NCBI GenBank assembly: GCA_020058225.1
Contig: JAGVEJ010000128.1
Coordinates: forward strand, 1-17,737
Direction: 5' to 3'
Length of the DNA: 17,737 nt
From: Candidatus Zixiibacteriota bacterium
Lineage (GTDB): Bacteria; Zixibacteria; MSB-5A5; GN15; PGXB01
Shown here: positions 16,363 through 17,737 of the stretch, in pieces
How positions within the stretch are numbered: position 1 is the stretch's first letter
Layout: each line of letters begins with the position of its first letter
Program-made: the position numbers and the translations under genes
Notes under the pieces: generated by a model
Told to the model about the DNA's origin: nothing
Databases searched by the model: none
What the model saw: only the letters and a program-made list of their open reading frames with translations

Positions 16363-16861
16363 CCGGCCTTAATTGGGCCATTTTTCTTTTAACAAAGGCA
16401 ATAACCTCATCCCGATTGTTCCAGAATCTTATATAAATCCCGCGGAAATTTTCCAGCCTAGTCGGCCTGATAAATGGCGATAGTAAAACTCCATTTTTGT
16501 CGGGGTAATATGAACGATATTGTGACCATTTTTTATGAAGCGTCTGCATTGTCGTCTTTACAATTATTTCTTCTTCGGTGAATTTATATCTGGTAGGAAA
16601 GTAAAAAGACGAAAGCGAACCATAAAGTATAATAAACCCCAAAATAGAAAACCAAACCGAAAAAGTCATCATGTAAACCAGAAAAACCAGAATAACAATA
16701 AAAATGGATACCAGAATTGTTATATATTTATTCTTTTTAGCGGGATGACTTATCCATTCAAAAGTCTCTCCATTTGATATTACAATATCACCGGGCGAAC
16801 TCGGTTCGCCGCTGTTCTTATCAAGGTTAAATGATGTTTGTTCCGGTTCGTTTTCTTTCAT
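16346..16861 (-). CDS. membrane protein with two TM helices and a C-terminal bPH_2/DUF304-like (YdbS-like PH) domain
   Basis: A 43-aa cytoplasmic N-terminus is followed by two adjacent hydrophobic helices (ITILVSIFIVILVFLVYMMTF and VWFSILGFIILYGSLSSFYF). An approximately 90-aa C-terminal domain follows ('YKFTEEEIIVKT...GVLLSPFIRPTRLENFRGIYIRFWNN'). This architecture matches bacterial PH-domain membrane proteins. The domain call is by pattern and was not searched. Confidence 0.5.
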   Translation of the reverse strand: MKENEPEQTSFNLDKNSGEPSSPGDIVISNGETFEWISHPAKKNKYITILVSIFIVILVFLVYMMTFSVWFSILGFIILYGSLSSFYFPTRYKFTEEEIIVKTTMQTLHKKWSQYRSYYPDKNGVLLSPFIRPTRLENFRGIYIRFWNNRDEVIAFVKRKMAQLRPDDKGI

Positions 16862-16871
16862 TGCCGCACTG

Positions 16872-17087
16872 TTATTCTTTATCAGTAGGGAGCGCCCGAT
16901 ACCGTTCTTTTCTTACTTCTTCCATTTTATCCAGAAGCTCCCCGGGTTTGATTATCTTTTTGTCTATGAGAAGCCTTACCAGCGATTCCTGCGCCAAATT
17001 ATTGGAAAGCGCCAACTCCTCATAGCTTATTAATCGTTCTTTGCCGTCAATTACCATTTTCAGAGCGAATTTTTTTTCTCCATCCAT
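16872..17087 (-). CDS. hypothetical small protein (71 aa)
   Basis: The ORF fills the 255-nt gap between two minus-strand genes exactly, with a 10-nt spacing to the downstream start. It is charged and helical with no TM helix. Function unknown. Confidence 0.4.
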   Translation of the reverse strand: MDGEKKFALKMVIDGKERLISYEELALSNNLAQESLVRLLIDKKIIKPGELLDKMEEVRKERYRALPTDKE

Positions 17088-17115
17088 GTATTTTCTCCTG
17101 CCGGAGTTGATAAGA

Positions 17116-17737
17116 TTATTTTATGACTTGCCGAATGTCGGAATCCTCAATGGTAAAAATCGGCATGACGCTATTTTCGCGGTTTTGGTCAAATAATATT
17201 GGTCCAGCCATTCCATTAAAATTCGATATATTCGAAAGATAGGTCGCAATGTCTTGGCGGGAATAATGGTCAGCCTTAAGAGCCTGGCAGATCAGGGATA
17301 CAGCATCATACCCCAAAGCCTCCAAATAAGCGGGGTCACGTTTAAATTTCTTATTGAATTCAGAGACAAATTTTCTATAGGACGTTCCGATCTCAGCGGT
17401 CATACGAGATGATGCAAAATAGCAGGTTTTTGTTACCTCTTTGCCAAGGCTTTGAATACTCTTGTCACCCCAACCCTCGCCGCCAAGATATGTGGTTTTA
17501 AGATTGTAAAAGCTGATTTGGGGGAGAAGTTGCTGAAGTTGCGCCGGGTCGGCAGGAATAAACAGACATTCCAGCGCCACAGGGACCTCTCTTGGCTCGA
17601 CAGTATCGCCTACATCACTTAGGAACACAGTTGAATCGGAAATCTTGCCCATCAAGATCGATTTCACATCCATAATGAGAGGGCCAAAATCTGTTTCGCG
17701 CGGGCGGAAAAATTCCGTAGCAATCACTTTACCCCCA
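17116..17737 (-). CDS. periplasmic binding protein, type I (Peripla_BP_6 / LivK- or LpoA-like), C-terminal part; N-terminus lies beyond the window
   Basis: The frame is open to the window edge. Motifs typical of Peripla_BP_6 C-terminal lobes are present ('FIPADPAQLQQLLPQI', 'YLEALGYDAVSLICQALKAD', 'GMAGPILFDQNRE'). No ABC-transporter genes follow, so an LpoA-like or sensor role is possible. Confidence 0.55.
   Translation of the reverse strand, partial: GGKVIATEFFRPRETDFGPLIMDVKSILMGKISDSTVFLSDVGDTVEPREVPVALECLFIPADPAQLQQLLPQISFYNLKTTYLGGEGWGDKSIQSLGKEVTKTCYFASSRMTAEIGTSYRKFVSEFNKKFKRDPAYLEALGYDAVSLICQALKADHYSRQDIATYLSNISNFNGMAGPILFDQNRENSVMPIFTIEDSDIRQVIK

Noticed and set aside
1-17737. Search for CRISPR arrays, tandem repeats, intact IS/integrase, toxin-antitoxin or known defence-system gene signatures
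   Set aside because: No spaced direct repeats were found. No recombinase or integrase gene was found next to the tRNAs. No nuclease, ATPase or helicase-like ORFs were found. Only a transposase fragment is present.

Overview
This window is from a moderately AT-rich bacterial genome, possibly an FCB-group or candidate-phylum organism. It uses E. coli-type sigma70 promoters and GGAGG-type ribosome-binding sites. Most of the window is a surface-polysaccharide locus of the Wzx/Wzy-dependent type. It encodes an O-antigen ligase/polymerase-like Wzy_C protein at 113-1369. After a break come a Wza-like exporter, a Wzz/PCP co-polymerase, a hexapeptide N-acetyltransferase, a DegT-family aminotransferase and a UDP-GlcNAc 2-epimerase. 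These are followed by a divergent MurJ/MviN-family flippase, a second Wzy_C protein, a GT4 glycosyltransferase and a second DegT aminotransferase. The locus is interrupted at 1366-4700 by a tRNA locus. A consensus promoter there drives a DUF3098-like small membrane protein, tRNA-Val(TAC) and tRNA-Asp(GTC). Directly downstream of tRNA-Asp lies a higher-GC segment of about 2.7 kb that looks like a decayed integrated island. It holds a CPBP (CAAX) intramembrane protease, an outer-membrane-protein-like fragment, the C-terminal remnant of an IS3-family transposase, an orphan SPFH/Band-7 lipoprotein and an 87-aa C-terminal fragment of an alpha/beta hydrolase. The right end of the window carries a convergent four-gene minus-strand operon of uncharacterised envelope proteins. 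These are a periplasmic-binding-protein-like protein truncated by the window edge, a 71-aa protein, a 2-TM protein with a bPH/DUF304-like domain and a 163-aa protein. No CRISPR array, intact mobile element or recognisable defence or toxin system is visible. The most unusual items are the tRNA-associated island remnant, the two Wzy_C paralogues, the MurJ-like flippase lacking a conserved MurJ arginine, and the uncharacterised minus-strand operon.
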